Shown: positions 1 through 14,404 of the stretch, in pieces | Layout: each line of letters opens with the position of its first letter | How positions within the stretch are numbered: the first letter of the stretch is position 1 | Source: Sphagnum compactum | Taxonomy: Eukaryota | Reading direction: 5' to 3' | Assembly (NCBI GenBank): GCA_965153455.1 | Contig: OZ234493.1 | Location: 2,976,001-3,040,000 of the forward strand | DNA: 64,000 nt | Notes under the pieces: model-generated | Told to the model about the DNA's origin: nothing | Databases searched by the model: none | The model's input: the letters and a program-made list of their open reading frames with translations, nothing else | Program-made: the position numbers and the translations under genes

Positions 1-525
1 AACTAATTTTTTTTGGGGGGGGGGGGGGTTCTAGTGTAAATTTGACTTAATTTGCTAATTTCTTGGAAAATTTCTCCAAATTCTCAATATCACAAAATTG
101 GGGGAAAAAAAAAAAAAAAACCCATGCCTACAAATCTTTTCATATTGGGCACTTGTTCTGTAATAACATTGAGCCTGGTGGTGCTGCATTTAACTAGTTA
201 TTCCTCAACCCGAAAAAGGAAACACAGGATGAAACTCAGTTTACCACCAAAATTGGTGGATCTTGTCATCTAGGCAAATCTTTTCGGTTGGGCACTTTGT
301 CCTCTAATATAACCGTTTGAGAGCCTGAGACCCCGCATTTAACTGGTTTGCACTTCTTTAGTATATCATGCCATTTAGTAGTCAACTTATCTAGTGAAAG
401 ATTGGCCCTTGTAGATCCTTTCACAATGCCAACATTTGCCAAAGCATTCATTTGGGATGAAAGTGAGGTGCTATTTGGGAACTCTTTGCTTTGATCCCCC
501 CTTTCTCCCCCCTCCAAGAACCTGG

Positions 526-2014
526 ACTAGGTAATAGCCCTTCCTAAGAACACCCTACCCTACTACCTATTGGGGAAGCTTGGTGTAGCAAATTGCAATA
601 ATGGGGTTATAAGTTATATAAATTTGTTGCCAAGGAAAAGGGATTTTGTTTTAGGAGTGTTTCATTAGTACAAACCCTAAAATGTTTTATAGGGTTTCTA
701 AATTTAATTCTTATTCAAATCAGTCACCTCTTTCTGAATAGAACATGAAGATGTGAAATGAATTTTGGAAACTAATTGTTATTTTCTAGAAAGACAATTA
801 ATGAATGATATTTTCTAATTAAATTTGCCACTATAAATTGTTTTTTTGGAGTTTATTTGTAGATTGTAATTTCTTTGATGACTCTCTATTTTCCATTTGA
901 AAAGTGTGTAATTATTAACCTTTTGGATAGGAAACCGAGATTGATTCCTCCCCCCCCATCCCCCCCTCTCTTCCCTTTCCAACACACACCCACACACATT
1001 TAAAATCTAGTTCATTAACTCTTGTTATTAATATGACTCTAATAAAGAAATTTTGGCCTCGAGATTTGAGAAATTCAGTAATGCTTAGGGGGCCTTTTTC
1101 CAATGCCATTTTAGTAATGAGTGTGTCTTTTTGGGTCAATTTTTGTGATTAGTAGCCAACGTGGCAATGATCCACAGAAAGATTTAGCCAAATTTGGCTA
1201 CCAGCTAAATATAAAAAGTTATATATAATTTTTTTCAAAACTAATCCAAATTTTGTTTGCTACCTACTTGAACCATGTATGGAAATCTGGCGAATTTTCT
1301 TAAAAAATTGGTTGAATATATGGCTATTGGAAATCTCAAAAAAAAAAGCACTTGAGTTTAGTACTATTTAAATTTTCAATATAGCTTTTTTGGGCTATAA
1401 CAAAAAGGTTGATGTTAATAATATCAGCAGGGTATATGGAATTTTGATGGATGGCTACTAATAAATAATAAACTTATTATAAATAAGCCCCCCATGTTGT
1501 TTGTGAGTAGGCTAGTGACTCTCCAAGTATTGAGCCCCCCACCAAACCATTGAGAAGGAGGCATCCCTTTGGGTGGGTGGGTGGGTGGGTGGGTAGGGAA
1601 GATCATTTTATTCATAACAAAAATCAAATATGATTCTCCATTCAAGAAGCAATTAAAGGCATGTGAGAAAGTTGCATTTCTTTCACACACTCACACACCT
1701 TTAGGCTTTCACTTCCCCCTCTCCCCTCCCCTCCCCCAACCCCTCATCACCCTCTTGTTTTGCATTAGTTTTGAGGTCAATCAACATGATATGAATCTGA
1801 CATATATATAATTCACTAGAATCCCTGACAACAACAAGCACTGGCTATGATGGAATGAAATATTCTATACCAGTGAGCAATGAGCATTAATGCAAAACTC
1901 AATGGGTAGTAGTAGATTGGAGTGTTGGGCTGGTTAAGGGTTTAGGGTTTAGGATCAATTTGATCTTGTTAATAGGTAGGGTGGGTTGTTCTTAGGAAAG
2001 GCTATTACCCTAGT
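526..2014. repeat. ~45-bp inverted repeat pair (526-571 / 1971-2014), possible termini of an old non-autonomous TIR element
   Basis: actaggtaatagcccttcctaagaacaccctaccctac...tacctatt is the near reverse complement of aataggtagggtgggttgttcttaggaaaggctattaccctagt. Confidence 0.5.
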
Positions 2015-2458
2015 GAATTGGGCAAGTTTCATGAAAGAATTGGTGGTTTTATAAGTAATTATTTGATTTTAACCAAAAATTTATTGAGAACCATGGTTAT
2101 ATTAGAATCAGTTCTTTGATTTGTTGGGAACCATGGTTAAGAACACTAGGGACCGCCTTCATAACCGTGGGGGCGTGCGTTGTGTGTTCCTGTTTGCTAA
2201 TCATCACCCAACCACGGTAATTGATTCATTAAGTGAATAGAAGAGATGTAGACCCTAGTGCCATTAACATTCCTTTGTAATAGTTGTAAGATAGACACGC
2301 TCTAATTTGTGCCTCTCTCTTCTCTAGTGTGATGGAGGGGAGGGAAGGGAAGTCGACCCGAGTGTGCTTATGATTGCTTCCCATACAAAAATAAATGGTG
2401 CTTTTGTTGGCTCTCAGCTTCCTCAAGTTTTCTTAGCTGCCTTGCAAAACTCGAGAAG

Positions 2459-2672
2459 GATGTCGCAATTTTCTCTTTTCAAGTTTAGCTTGTGATGATA
2501 ATAAAACAATGGAAACAAGGCACTATGATGATGTCCTAAATTTTCTCTTTTGAAGTTATCTTGTGATGATAATAAAACAATGGAAAATGGGGCACTATGA
2601 TGTCATAATTTTCCACTTTTGAAGTTCGGTTGTGATGATAATAAAACAATGGAAAGGGGGCACACTATGATT
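2459..2672. repeat. Tandem repeat, 3 x ~70 bp
   Basis: Three copies of aattttctctttt..ttgtgatgataataaaacaatggaaa..ggcactatgat. Confidence 0.85.
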
Positions 2673-3770
2673 GGGGCTCGTGTGCGTGCTCGCAACTAAC
2701 TAATGAGTGAGTTGCATCATGCATGCAGTAGTCAGTAAGTTAATGGATGGGGGGCGGGTGAAGGAAGGAAGGAAGGGTGGTGCATGGATGGATGGATGGA
2801 TGCGTCACTTTTGTGTGCTCTTGATTATGCTCATGTGTTGACAGACGATAATGTATTTATAATGAAAACTGAAGAGGATAGAATGAATGAATGAATGACT
2901 GGACCTTTTTTTTTTGGGTTTGAAAGATTGTACCTAACAGATTATTTTGTTGCATGCTTTCATCAATCGAATTTTTGGCCTTGCTTGCTTGCTTGTGTGT
3001 GTCCGACAAAGTTCATGTTTTGTTGCATAGCCTTTACCATGTTCCTTCTTCATGCAAAAGTGTTGGTGCCTGACCTCATACTTTACAACTCTCATGTCAT
3101 ACTTGAGTTTCATTTTGGAATGCTAAAAAGTCAGGAAAAGAAAGAAAGAAGAAGCTTTTGAATCTAGATGCACAAAGCTTTTAATTAAAAGGAATTTTTT
3201 GGGCATGTTGTTATAATTCCCCTTAAGGTGCCAAACTACCAACCCACCTCACCATTGCAAGAGAAAACTTTGCAAGCATAGGACCCCCAACCCTAAACCA
3301 CAATTTTTTTTTTGTAAATTAAAAAATTAAAAAAGAAAATCTGACCACTAACAATCGGGCAACCATAATAAAAAGCTTGAATCTGACCAAGTTACATCAG
3401 GCAAGATGTGAAATATTCAAATCCCCAAAGTACTGGGCTGAAAGGGGCAACAAGGAAACAATTTTACCACCCATTGGTAAAATTGAGAAAACCTTTAGAG
3501 CCGAAGAGTGAATTTATAAGGGTGAGCAACTTTTGTAGGTAGCCAAAAAAAAAAAAAAAAAAACAGTTTGGTGTACGAATTTTGCCACCCTTGGCGAATT
3601 GGCTTTTTCTCTTGCCCCAAAAAAGAATTTCACAAAAAATTCTTTCAGCCTTTTTCTAGGGGCTACCTACATTACATGCAAACAATAAAATATTCTACAC
3701 ACAATGAGTCAAGTTGGGTCCCATGTGAAAAGGGTTCACTTCACTTATGCTGGTGGTGGAAACCCAACTG

Positions 3771-4030
3771 ATTATTATTATTATTATTATTATCATCATT
3801 ATTATTATTATTATTATTAAAATTTTTTTTTTCACTTGTGGTCAGAAAGAGAGTTGGTAGCTAGGATTCTGAAGAACCAACTCTCAACAGCTGCATGATT
3901 TGTTTGCTTTGGGTGACTTCTTGTGCAAATAATAATAATTTGAATTTTTTTTCAGAACTAAGGGCTACGTATAGAGGGAGAATCATACAAACAATATAAC
4001 AAACAACCAACCAACCAACCAACCAACCAA
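3771..4030. repeat. Microsatellites (ATT)n ~3771-3820 and (CCAA)n ~4005-4030
   Basis: Read directly from the sequence. Confidence 0.9.
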
Positions 4031-5099
4031 TACAAACATACGGATGGTATCAAGTATGAACCAATTTTGTTTGTAAAAAACTACCACAATCCACTTAAGT
4101 ACCTACCTTTGAAATGATGTCCAAAATAGACAAAAAACAAGTCACACGAAATGTTGTTGTTGGGTGGGGTCCATTCTGTACATACATATGGTCAGTTAAA
4201 CCCTAAACCCTAACTATTAACCCTAACTATTGGGAGGCTCGTCTCACTTCTTTTATTGGCCTCGCCTTGGTCGGCAAGGATACTGTGTGTAGATTCATTA
4301 TAGAGTATAGTAGCTTAAGGGATTTTTTTAGGCCCCCTTGGTAATAATAATAGGTCTAAATACAATGATTTTTGAAAGATGATATATTTTGGCTTGTGTT
4401 GAAACTTGAGATTAGTTATTATAGAGTTACAATATCTTGAAGGATTTTGGGTTTCTTTTTAGACACAAACCCTAAACCCTAAACCATCAAAGGGTCCCTA
4501 AACCCTAAACCCGCCGGTTATATTCGAAGACCAGGCCTGAAACCCTGGGCACCTAGCTTATACTCTCAAGGATCCTGTTTTGATCAAACTCATTCTGCAA
4601 TCAAATTATTGGATGAACCCATTGATGATGAATTAATACATGGTTTCCATTAATTTTCATTCATTGTTTGAACCATTATTGGGCTGGTGGTACTCGAGCA
4701 TACCGTAAATTGAGGGCGCCTTGCCTTACACAGTGCAATTGCTTAGACATGCTGTGCAAGAGTTATTGACTATTGAACAACTTTTTTTTCCATTGAAATG
4801 TTAAGAAATTCAAAACTAAAAATTTTGAGAAAATTTTGGGGGTTGCTTTTGGTATTAATTGTTGAAAAGCCCCCTCAATGAGTAGGAGTAGGGTTGAAAA
4901 GCCTGCAACTTGAATTGAATTCAAATTTAATTGAAAAAAAATTAGTTTGAATTGAAAGCAAACCAAATCGTTCTTGTTGATTGTGTTCATTTTTGCCGTC
5001 CCATTTGTCACTACTCTCAGTCAGTCTGAACAAGTTTCAAGCATGAAGCTCCAAGGAGATAGACAAGAAGAACCAGGTTGAAACACAAATTGTTCAGTG

Positions 5100-8000
5100 A
5101 TCCACTGAGAAGGGGAGAGAAATAGCACATTTTGTGATTCTTGCAACCAGAAGTAAAATAAGAGCAGAAATTGCCATTAAGAATTCAGGTACAACTTTTA
5201 GTCCATCCAAGAGAAGATGTGACAAACTCTCAGCATTGTTTTTGGGAAAGGAAAATGAATAATATATTGAGTATTGAAAAACTGAGGATGTACCTGAGGG
5301 AGTACAAAAAATTTGGTGACAGTTGTGAATGAAGATAACTCCTCTAATCCCTTGCTCTGCAATATCAGGCAGTTGGTTATAGCAAGAAAAGCATCTACTT
5401 TCTGTGAATGAAGAAAACTCCTCGAATCCCTTTCTCTCTCATCTTCCATTTCCACTTCTTTACCTCAGTAGTGTTTCTTCAGTTTTCATGATTCATACCA
5501 TGAAAGAAGTTGCTTATAGTCAGTCTCTGATGATTACAGCTGACATCCCATCAGCTAACAAGAGTGCTGTTTGATTTCAAGGTTTTTCATCCCTTGAGAT
5601 CATCAGCATACATGCCTGAACAGACCACATATCCTATTTAGAGTGATAACAATCAAGACACAAACTAGCTACATATGCAAAGCTTGATACAGTTGCAGAG
5701 AAATCTCCACAACAACAATTAAAGGTAACATGACAATGCACTAGCTACATATGCAAAGTACAAATGCAAGCCAATTGCTCAAACCACCTGCATAAGAGAC
5801 GAAATTCCAGAGAACTCACATGAGCTCATTGAGGTGATTGATTTGGAGCCCTTTGCTGCAAGAAATTTACTGTTCACTCTATGAGATACCATATCTTATG
5901 CACTTTCACAAAGAGCAAGCTCGAGATCTCTATTACTTGTATATTTTTACAAAAATCCTCCAACCCACCATAATATAAAGAGGAAAAAAATAAGTTATCT
6001 TCTATTCTCTTGCCTGGGTTATGTTCTCCCATAATATGCAAAAAACTGTGAAATTCCTTCATTTTGACATAGTTTGGCTCAAAGCTGCACCATCCAGGAA
6101 AACCCTACAATGTGACTACACAAAAGGGACCATTGGAGCATGCTTTCACTCATACATATACATATACATATACATAAATCTATAGAATTGAACAGAAATC
6201 TCCACAAGAACGATTTCAAGGTAATGTGAAAATGAGTACAGTCACAACCTCATGAGAGTTGCTCACAAAGTGTCAAATCAGATCACCTTCATCACGAATA
6301 GCAGTTGAAAAGTTGCCATGACTACCCACTGACTTCATCAGCTCCCAGCACACCAGGATATGTTCCACGGGAAAGCATTCAACACCTTGTGGCCAGTTCA
6401 TTCCATTGCCAAAAACCTCTAAAGAGCTCACAAGACTCAATGCCACAAAGAAACCCATATACCCAAGTGAGTTCCACTTCAAAAGAGCTTCCCTTGGTTT
6501 CCTCAAGAATATAATCCTTGAGAGCTGCAGAAGAGGCCTCCGGAGATCTCTTCTGCAACATCTCATCTGCAGCTTGGTAAAGAAACACCTTCTTTGTAGG
6601 AGCAAACAAATCCTCCATATATAATGTTCATGTATCCTCTTGTGGGCCATGGAACTGCTGTCATTTGCAGGTCCAGCTATTGGCACATTCATGTGATTTC
6701 AGTTCCTCGAATTCTGAGCAAAGAACAGAATGATTTCTCTTCCTTTATGCAAGTCTTAAACCCTCAACCCTAAATGCCTAAACTCTTGAACATGTTAAGA
6801 AGAAAAAATTTCAGCCTGATGTACTGCCAAGGAATTTTACAGCGGAAGAATGACTGCAAGCATCCAACACTGGAGTTCCAAATTGCATTCATGTGCCACA
6901 ATCACAAATTGAGAAACAAAAGACCACTTGTGGGAGCACTGGAACAAGCAAGTTTTGCCCACATTTTTCAATATCCAAGTCTGTGATGCTCCTTAGAAGT
7001 TGGTCCTCATTCTTCCTCTTCATCTTCATCAGAGATCTCTGCACAGTCACAATATTCTTCATGATTGGATTGAAAACTGCCACCAAATTGCATGAAATGC
7101 TGTCAGATGTTTTGTCCTGAGCTGAACCAATATTCTCTAATTCCTTCCAAGGATCTGCAAGCTTCCACCACTGGGCTGTAATCTGCTAAAAAGATTGTCA
7201 TATTATCTTTGTTGTGCATGTACAACAGTCCCCTGGACATTCTGTCTCTGCATTTGATAAGTTGTACAACGAAGTTGGTACCATGGTATTATTGGCTTAT
7301 TATTGCAAAGTTCTGTTGCACAGGCTCATCAGAACTGGTAGAGTTGCATACCTGTGGAGAATGCGGCAGTACTTGAAAGCTGATGACCTAAAGATCAGCT
7401 TGCGAGGATTGCAAGCTTGTCAAGTGCAGGCAGCAGCACTGCAGAAAGAATCTGGATCTGCTGCTTCCGTAGTCCAACAACAGGTGAAGGAAATCGCTGG
7501 CTGGAAAAGCATGATTCTTCACCTTGTGCTTCGCAATCAACAGCTACAAGTCTTCATACAGAAACTTTCGCGAATACTCTGCTCAGCTTTGCCACAGACA
7601 AAAAGATCCGCCAGAAGAAGAAGAAGAAGAAGCTCTGCGCGGCTACAACACAACACACAACCTTGGTCATCTGGAGCACAGCAGCTTTGAGCCATTGCGG
7701 AAGCATCGTCAATGAAGACCTGTGGAGCTCACAAAATCTCGGGATACAAGCGAGCGCTAATCGGGCTTTTTGTATCTGCTGAAATCTCCACATTGGCAAC
7801 AGCAAAGATCTGGGGATTAGGAGCAGGAGCTGTGAAGAAGAAGAAGAAGAAGATCGTGGACCTGCTGCAGCTGTTGGCGGGTGGAGGAGGCAACGACGCA
7901 GATTGATCACTAAATCCGCTTCCTCTTCGTAATAAGCGTCGTCGATTGCTGTTTTCCTTCGGCAATGCTTTCATTGACAAGAAAGACTCCGTGAACATTG

Positions 8001-8450
8001 CTGCGAACGTCAAGATTTTCTCTTGGAGAAGGAAAAGTTCTGCTGTGGTACCAAGGAAGGATTCCAATAAAGCCAGTACAGAGATGAAGAAATACCAGAC
8101 ATGACTACAACAACGCATGTGATCAAGACGTGAGCTCTGACAGTGAGCGCCGAGTTGATGATTCTCAAGCTTTGTTCAAGCTTCTTGCGTGGACCTCCTT
8201 TTCTCCTTCGCCGGACTGTCACCAACGTTGTTTTCTTTTTCTTCTTCTTCCTTCAAGTTCCGTCTGTTCTTGGACCATAACGTACTTTGTTTGAGAGCTC
8301 CATTGCAGCAGGAAACAGCGCCAGCAATGACATGAGGAAAACCTGCGGAATCATACTACTGATCAGTATTAGAAAAAGAAATGGACGAATCCTTAGAGAA
8401 GGTGGTGAAGAAAGAGAGCATGCAGCAGTAAACTCCGGCGGCCGCAGCAG
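5100..8450 (-). pseudogene. Possible decayed protein-coding gene of unknown family, head-to-head with HEN1
   Basis: Coding-like composition, short acidic or helical-looking ORF pieces (6379-6618, 6889-7200) and plausible splice sites. Stops and frameshifts occur in every frame, no family is recognised, and the strand is uncertain. Confidence 0.25.
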
Positions 8451-8630
8451 CAAGCAAGCAAGGAAGGACTAGTGTGTACAACAACAATTGGACATCACAA
8501 TTCTCGTTCTAAGAACTTGGTGAAGCTTCTAAGACTTCCGGGGAAAAAGAAAGAAACAAGTCTAGATCTAAACAATCAAATCCTTCCTTCAAGATCTGCA
8601 GCAGCAATCTTTTCTACAATCTTGAATCGC

Positions 8631-8810
8631 ATTCCCAAAGCTTGTTTGCACACAAGAAAAATTCGCCACAAAGAAGAGAATTCCACACAAAGCTTGTTTG
8701 CACACGAGAAAAATTCGCCACAAAAAGAAGAGAATTCCACACAAAGCTTGTTTGCACACAAGAAAAAATTCGCCACGAAAAGAAGAGAATTCCACACAAA
8801 GCTTGTTTGC
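8631..8810. repeat. Tandem repeat, ~3.3 x 52-55 bp, ending 17 bp before the HEN1 ATG
   Basis: Units start at 8637, 8689, 8743 and 8798: aaagcttgtttgcacac(a/g)agaaaaattcgccac...aagaagagaattccacac. Confidence 0.9.
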
Positions 8811-8827
8811 TCAAGAACTTCTGGAAT

Positions 8828-11800
8828 ATGGCAACAGCAAAAGCAAAGCTGCATCAACTTCTCTGCATCGGGACAGACAAAGAGTATGTCTACGAGACAC
8901 GGCATGTAATGGGAGGAGGAGTAAGAGGAGGAGGAGGAGGAGGAGGAGAACCTGGGGAGTTGTTTCTGCAACCAGGAGTGAGAGTGGGAGCGGATGGATT
9001 GCTCCAAGTGCTGCCCCGGGAGCATACCACGCCCATGTTCGCATGCACCTTGCGCCTCCCTGATGGTACTTCTGTGGAATCCGGACGTTTCCGGCGCAAG
9101 AGAGAAGCAGAACAGGATGCTGCTCTTCGGGGCCTTCACAAGGTAGGCATTATCGCCCCCAACTTTGTTCTGCTCAAGAGCTTCAAGTCTTTTCTGTGCA
9201 CTTCGTTGGATTTTGTGTTGATTTTTGGCTTCCTTTCTTTCAAGGTTTTTTCCTCATCATCTTCTTGCTGCTGAAGTCCTCCATCTCCTCCTCCTCCTCC
9301 TCCTCAAGCTGTGCAGAAAAAATGGCACTCTCCAACAAGTACTGACTGGACTCATCTTTCTTCAGTCCTGACGATGTCCATTTGTGTGGGGAGTTTTTTT
9401 GTTTTTTTGGGTTCTGGGTGGGGGGTGAGGGTGCTACAGCTTGGTATTGCTTATGAACCAGGTCCCAGAGTCTTTACAAAACAGCAGAAATATGAGGAGC
9501 TCCTGAAGAAAATTTCATCAGCCTTCACTGATCAGGTACTAATTGCTTCTAAGGATTCAGATTTAAGAACTTTCCATGTATTTTAGTTACTTATGGAGTT
9601 TTTGAAAAGTTCAGTATTAACAGTTTTGATTGTTTGGAAGTTGGAAAATTGAAGAGAAAACTTTGATATGAGGGTCACCAGATGATGCAACAATAGATAT
9701 TGATTATAATGTTTTGTCTCATTAGACAATCTAACAAAGACATATTGACGAACAATATTTCGGTCTCAAGAAGCTCAGTTTTATAAAGGATTTTGAAGGG
9801 ATTCTTCTATGACCCATCATGTAGATTGTGTGCCATGCCATTCATTTGGTGTACAATTTTCAGTTGACCAGGCAGAAGAATAATTCCTTGAGTTTGAAAG
9901 TGATGGTGTATTCAAATCAGGTCTCTGAAATGAAAATGGAATATTAGATATAGCCAAGTTGTGTGCAAGAGCTCAATCTGATTTGAAAGGGATCATTTCC
10001 GATGCTTGAACTCAGCATAACAGTCTGTCAAGAACATTATTCAGAAGTGATTTTGAATAAATACTTCTCAGGATGAGAATGGCATAGTGCAACCCTAAAC
10101 CCTAAATTCATAGAACAGGATCTGCTGTCTGATGAATGTAGAGAGCAGTATTATGAGCTATGAATGTGACTCTGTTGTTCATGGGGCTCCAGATGGTGCT
10201 CTCATACATGCCACTTGTGGAGCATTTCAGAGCAGCAGTAAGACAGAAGGGTCCAAAGTATGGACAGATCCCTGCCACAGTGCTCACAGTACTTGACACC
10301 AAGATCAGATCACTGTGCAAATCCATCGACTGTGCTGCTGATAAGGACCTGCATTATGCCACATCCATGGTCTGCAAAGCTGCTACAGCATGTCCACTTC
10401 TCTGTGTCTCTGATGATGGGCTTTGGATCGGCAGAACAACTCCTTTCTCCGATGAGCTTGTGGCAGAGCTTCTGCTTGGCAAAGAGTCCTTAGAACTTGA
10501 CAACAATGTTCGAAGTAGACTGGACACCTTTAATCCTGCAGGGTTAAATGGTGGCTTAACTAACTCCGAGCATTTTCTACAACTGGAGAATTTTCCTCCA
10601 AGGACAACCACCCTATACCAGATTGAAACAGTGCACATTCCAGCCTGTATGGAGAAGGCTGTGGTATCCATTGTGTTGGATGTTGCAGGTGATGATTACT
10701 ATCAGGAGGTTCTAGCACATGAGCTGGGTGTGCCAGATGCTGGCCACATCCTGCCCTCAAGGTCCTCAACTCCCGTTTCCTCCCTCTTGCTGTTTCTCAA
10801 AAGTCACTATTGGCTGGAGCTTTCAGGTAATTTACCTGCTTCCCAAATCTTTTTCAGTGATTCGTTCTGATTCGTTGTTTGTGGGTGTCTTGCAGATCAA
10901 TTGCAAACAAGCTCCCGTCTGCCATTCGTATGTATTGCAAATTGAAAAAGGAGCTGCCCAGTACAGTCTTAATGAATCCTGGAATCGAATTAGTTGAGCT
11001 TGTGAGCTTGGACCCATCAGTGGACCTCACAACCCATATGAATGCTCTGCACAAGGATGCAACAATGGAAGCCTTGCGTCATCCTGAAGCACATCTTGAT
11101 GTCAAGAATGAGAGAGCTAGCTTCCTAATGGGCTATTCTGTCTATGGTGATGCCATTTTGGCCAACGTTGGATCAACTTGGCACTCTAAAGGCAAATGTG
11201 TCTACAGAGATGTCACCTTAAACAATTATCACAGGTCTGTTACATCTCTTGTCAATAGATTCTTGCGAAATTAGGAGGAAAACAGATCAAAGGCTGAAGG
11301 AAGTCTAATACAGAAATAGGCTTGAGTGAATATAGGATGATGCTAGGCAGAACTCCAGGAGGAGCTTACAAGCTGAGCAGGCAAGCAGTTGCTGTTGTAG
11401 ATCTCCCCTCCAAATATTCTTGTCGACTACAGTGGCGAGGCACCAACCCAAGGGCTCTCTTAGTCAATTTTTGCCAGCAACACAGGTTGCCCAGGCCTCA
11501 ATTTGCCTGCAGTTTTCCTCCTCCAAAGTGGCCAAGCAGGAGTGCTTTAAATAGTGCAGATCATCGGAGATCAAATGCTGTAATTGAAAGTGCTGCCTTA
11601 CAGGAAGATAACAGCATTGATTATGCTGATGAGGATTCAGAGAGTGATAGCGAGGCTCTGCAAGCTTCTCGACCACAAGGCAATGTGCAAGGACCCTTTC
11701 AATACACTGTGATGCTGCAGTGGTGTGAGGGAGATAAGGAGGCACCGGGTGACAAGATTGAGTTCATGTCAGAGGGCTTCTTCAGAACTAGATATGATGC

Positions 11801-14404
11801 GATACAAAGTGCTGCTCTAAAAGCTCTGCATCACTACAACACCTTGTACAAATCAGGCCAACACCTTGACACAATAGTCCATGTGGCCGACCATGACCGA
11901 TCTCATTTCTCTGATCTATCCTCTTCCACTTCTGGTGGTAAGTGCAAATGCAACAAGGAGGAGATGGCAGGTGAGGATGCAGGTTTGTTCAATGCGCCAG
12001 CAGATTTCTTCACTGCCAATGTAACACAACATTCGGGCCCAGCTTCAGAGAAAAGAGAACTTTTCCATGTAATTGCTGAGCAGGATACTGTTGGTGAGAA
12101 ACCACCTTGTGGATCAATGGTGACAGTGAGCTACCAGGTGACTGCGGTAGGAGATGTTGCAACACCTTTTGCTAATACAAACACTGAGCTGGAGAAAACA
12201 GACCTTGAGAGCATTGTGTTGGAGGTGCAGCATGAATTTGAGTTTGAGCTTGGTGCAGGGGCTGTCATTGCTCCCTTTGAGGAGTGTGTGAGCCATGCAC
12301 ATGTTGGCCAAACGTTGTGCTTTCGAGTGCCTGCCCTGCAGCCTGTTGGCTTGCTACTTGCATCTAATGAAAATTTCAAGTACCCAACACATAGTTAGGC
12401 TCTGAAACTAGCTCTAAGAATCACTTTGGACCTTTGAGTTTTGTACTATGATTGATGTTGCAGGAATCATGCATGAGAGGTCCTCAGCTGCATGACCATC
12501 TCTTATTAGCTTCACTGAACAATGTCTGCAGTCGTATGAACATTTGTAGTCCATGTTTGCTGTGATGCAGATGACAAGTTTGTGCTTGAATACATAGTGA
12601 AGTTAATCAAGTTTGTTCCAGCATTTGAGGAGAGGATGCAGGCATCACAATTTAGACCTTCTCTTTCAAAGCAGCGCATTAAGTATGCTCGCCTTGTGGT
12701 TGATGCCATTGATGCAAAATCTTTGGTAAATATCCAATCGCCATTGAATAGTGCGTCTTGTAGTGCTTCTTGGAATTTTCATTACTTAGTTTATTTAAAC
12801 ACATATGGGATCCCACAAAACTTCATTTTGTTATCTTGTAGGGTCTAGGGTTTAAACCCATCTAACCAAGACCATCCAAACAGAATCCTGGATCTGTTTG
12901 CTCAAACTGTGACACATCCAACAATGAATGGCAGGTGGACTTGGGATGCGGATCAGGAGCTTTGCTTAGCTCTCTTCTGGAGGAACCTAACAGTCTGCAA
13001 CAGATTGTGGGTGTTGATTTGTCCCGGAAACACCTTGTTCGTGCTGCAAAGGTGAGAACAGAATTTGGAGTTCACAAATAAATTTCTTTGCAGTTGCTGT
13101 GAGAGTATTCATTGCCAAGGGATCAGATTCAATATGGTTTTTTTGAGTGAGGCAGTGCCAGACTCATTTTCAACAGGTTTTCTCAGGACCCATCTGATTC
13201 TGCAGCTACACAGAAGGTTGTTGCATTGTTGATATTTCACAAAATGCCACTCTGATAGGAAAATTTGTGAATAACTATTGTGGTACAAATTTACTTGTAA
13301 TGGTGGTGGAATCATGTGACTAACTATTGGTCTTCGCAAAAATCCAGATGCTGCACTGTACCCTCACAACACAGAAGCCTGGTCACAGTTGTCCATGGGC
13401 AGCACTGCAAAGGCTCTCTCTTTATGAGGGTTCTGTAACAGACATGGACCCGCGGCTGCATGCACCTGATGTGGCCACCTGCATTGAGGTATATCTATTT
13501 TGGGTCCATGCATATTAGTTTTTTTTTTTTTGCACTAATTTTCTCATTACTGCACAGGATGCTCCTGTATCTTTGAATATATATTGTAGTTTTTATTTTG
13601 TGAATTCCTACTATGGTGGACTTGTGGCAGGTGGTGGAGCATCTAGATCCAGAGGCAGTGGAGAAGCTAGCAGAGAGTGTGTTGGGCTGTCTAATGCCAC
13701 GGATATGGATGGTCATGACTCCCAACATTGAGTACAACCCAATTTTGAATGGCTTACAATGGGACCCTGCTACCAGCAGCCTTCTTCTGAAGGGTCCTTC
13801 TTCTTCAGGAGCTTCCGAAGGCCAAGTGGCCCCCCAACAACACAAGGAAAATGCAGCAAATCTACACAAGGTTCCACCAGATCCTTCAAAGTTCAGAAAT
13901 CGTGATCACAGATTTGAGTGGACACGAGCTGAGTTTCGACATTGGGCCTCCCAAATTGCTGCAAGGTTTGACTACCAAGTCAGGTTTGGGGGTGTTGGAG
14001 GTGGTGATGGGGGAAATGAGGCAGGTGTCAACGATGATAATACTGATCATGGGCCTGGATTTGCAACCCAGATTGCCATTTTTGCTCACAAAGCTGTGCT
14101 GTTTCCAATCCCCACAAACGAAGGTGAGCTCCCAGCTTTGTTGGCTTGCAATTTGAGTGGAGTCACACCTGAGTTCAGCTTGCCGATTGAAGAAGTGTGC
14201 ACTCCTTCTAGCAAAGGGAATCATCTGAACTATGAAGCTGGTCCAATAGTAGTAGCAGATCAGTTCCCTTATAAGGAAATATGGCGCTGGATTCCACCTC
14301 CTCCTCCTCCTCCTCATCCTAGTGAGGCAACAGCTTTTTGCAGCAAATTGGAAAATTTGAGGATTCACCAGGCTGACAAAGAAAATTATACGCCTCTTCC
14401 TTAA
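8828..14404 (+). CDS. HEN1: Small RNA 3'-terminal 2'-O-methyltransferase HEN1 (dsRBD1 - La-motif-containing domain - dsRBD2 - FKBP/PPIase-like - MTase), ~1187 aa
   Basis: Exons 8828-9142, 9440-9535, 10193-10761, 10896-11234, 11336-12393, 12571-12725, 12935-13051, 13348-13488 and 13631-14404. All introns are GT-AG with consistent phases, and the total of 3564 nt is in frame. Motifs: FRRKREAEQDAA (dsRBD), WRGTNPRALLVNFCQQHRL, FEFELGAGAVI (FKBP-like), FRPSLSKQR, VDLGCGSG (SAM binding), CIEVVEH (metal ligands), TPNIEYN, FRNRDHRFEWTRAEF. Confidence 0.95.

Noticed and set aside
8631-8810. CRISPR-like repeat array
   Set aside because: The units are contiguous with no unique spacers, there are no cas genes and the context is eukaryotic
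7214-9139. Overlapping 100-190-aa ORFs on both strands
   Set aside because: They are explained by GAA/GGA low-complexity sequence, the tandem repeat and the antisense of HEN1 exon 1
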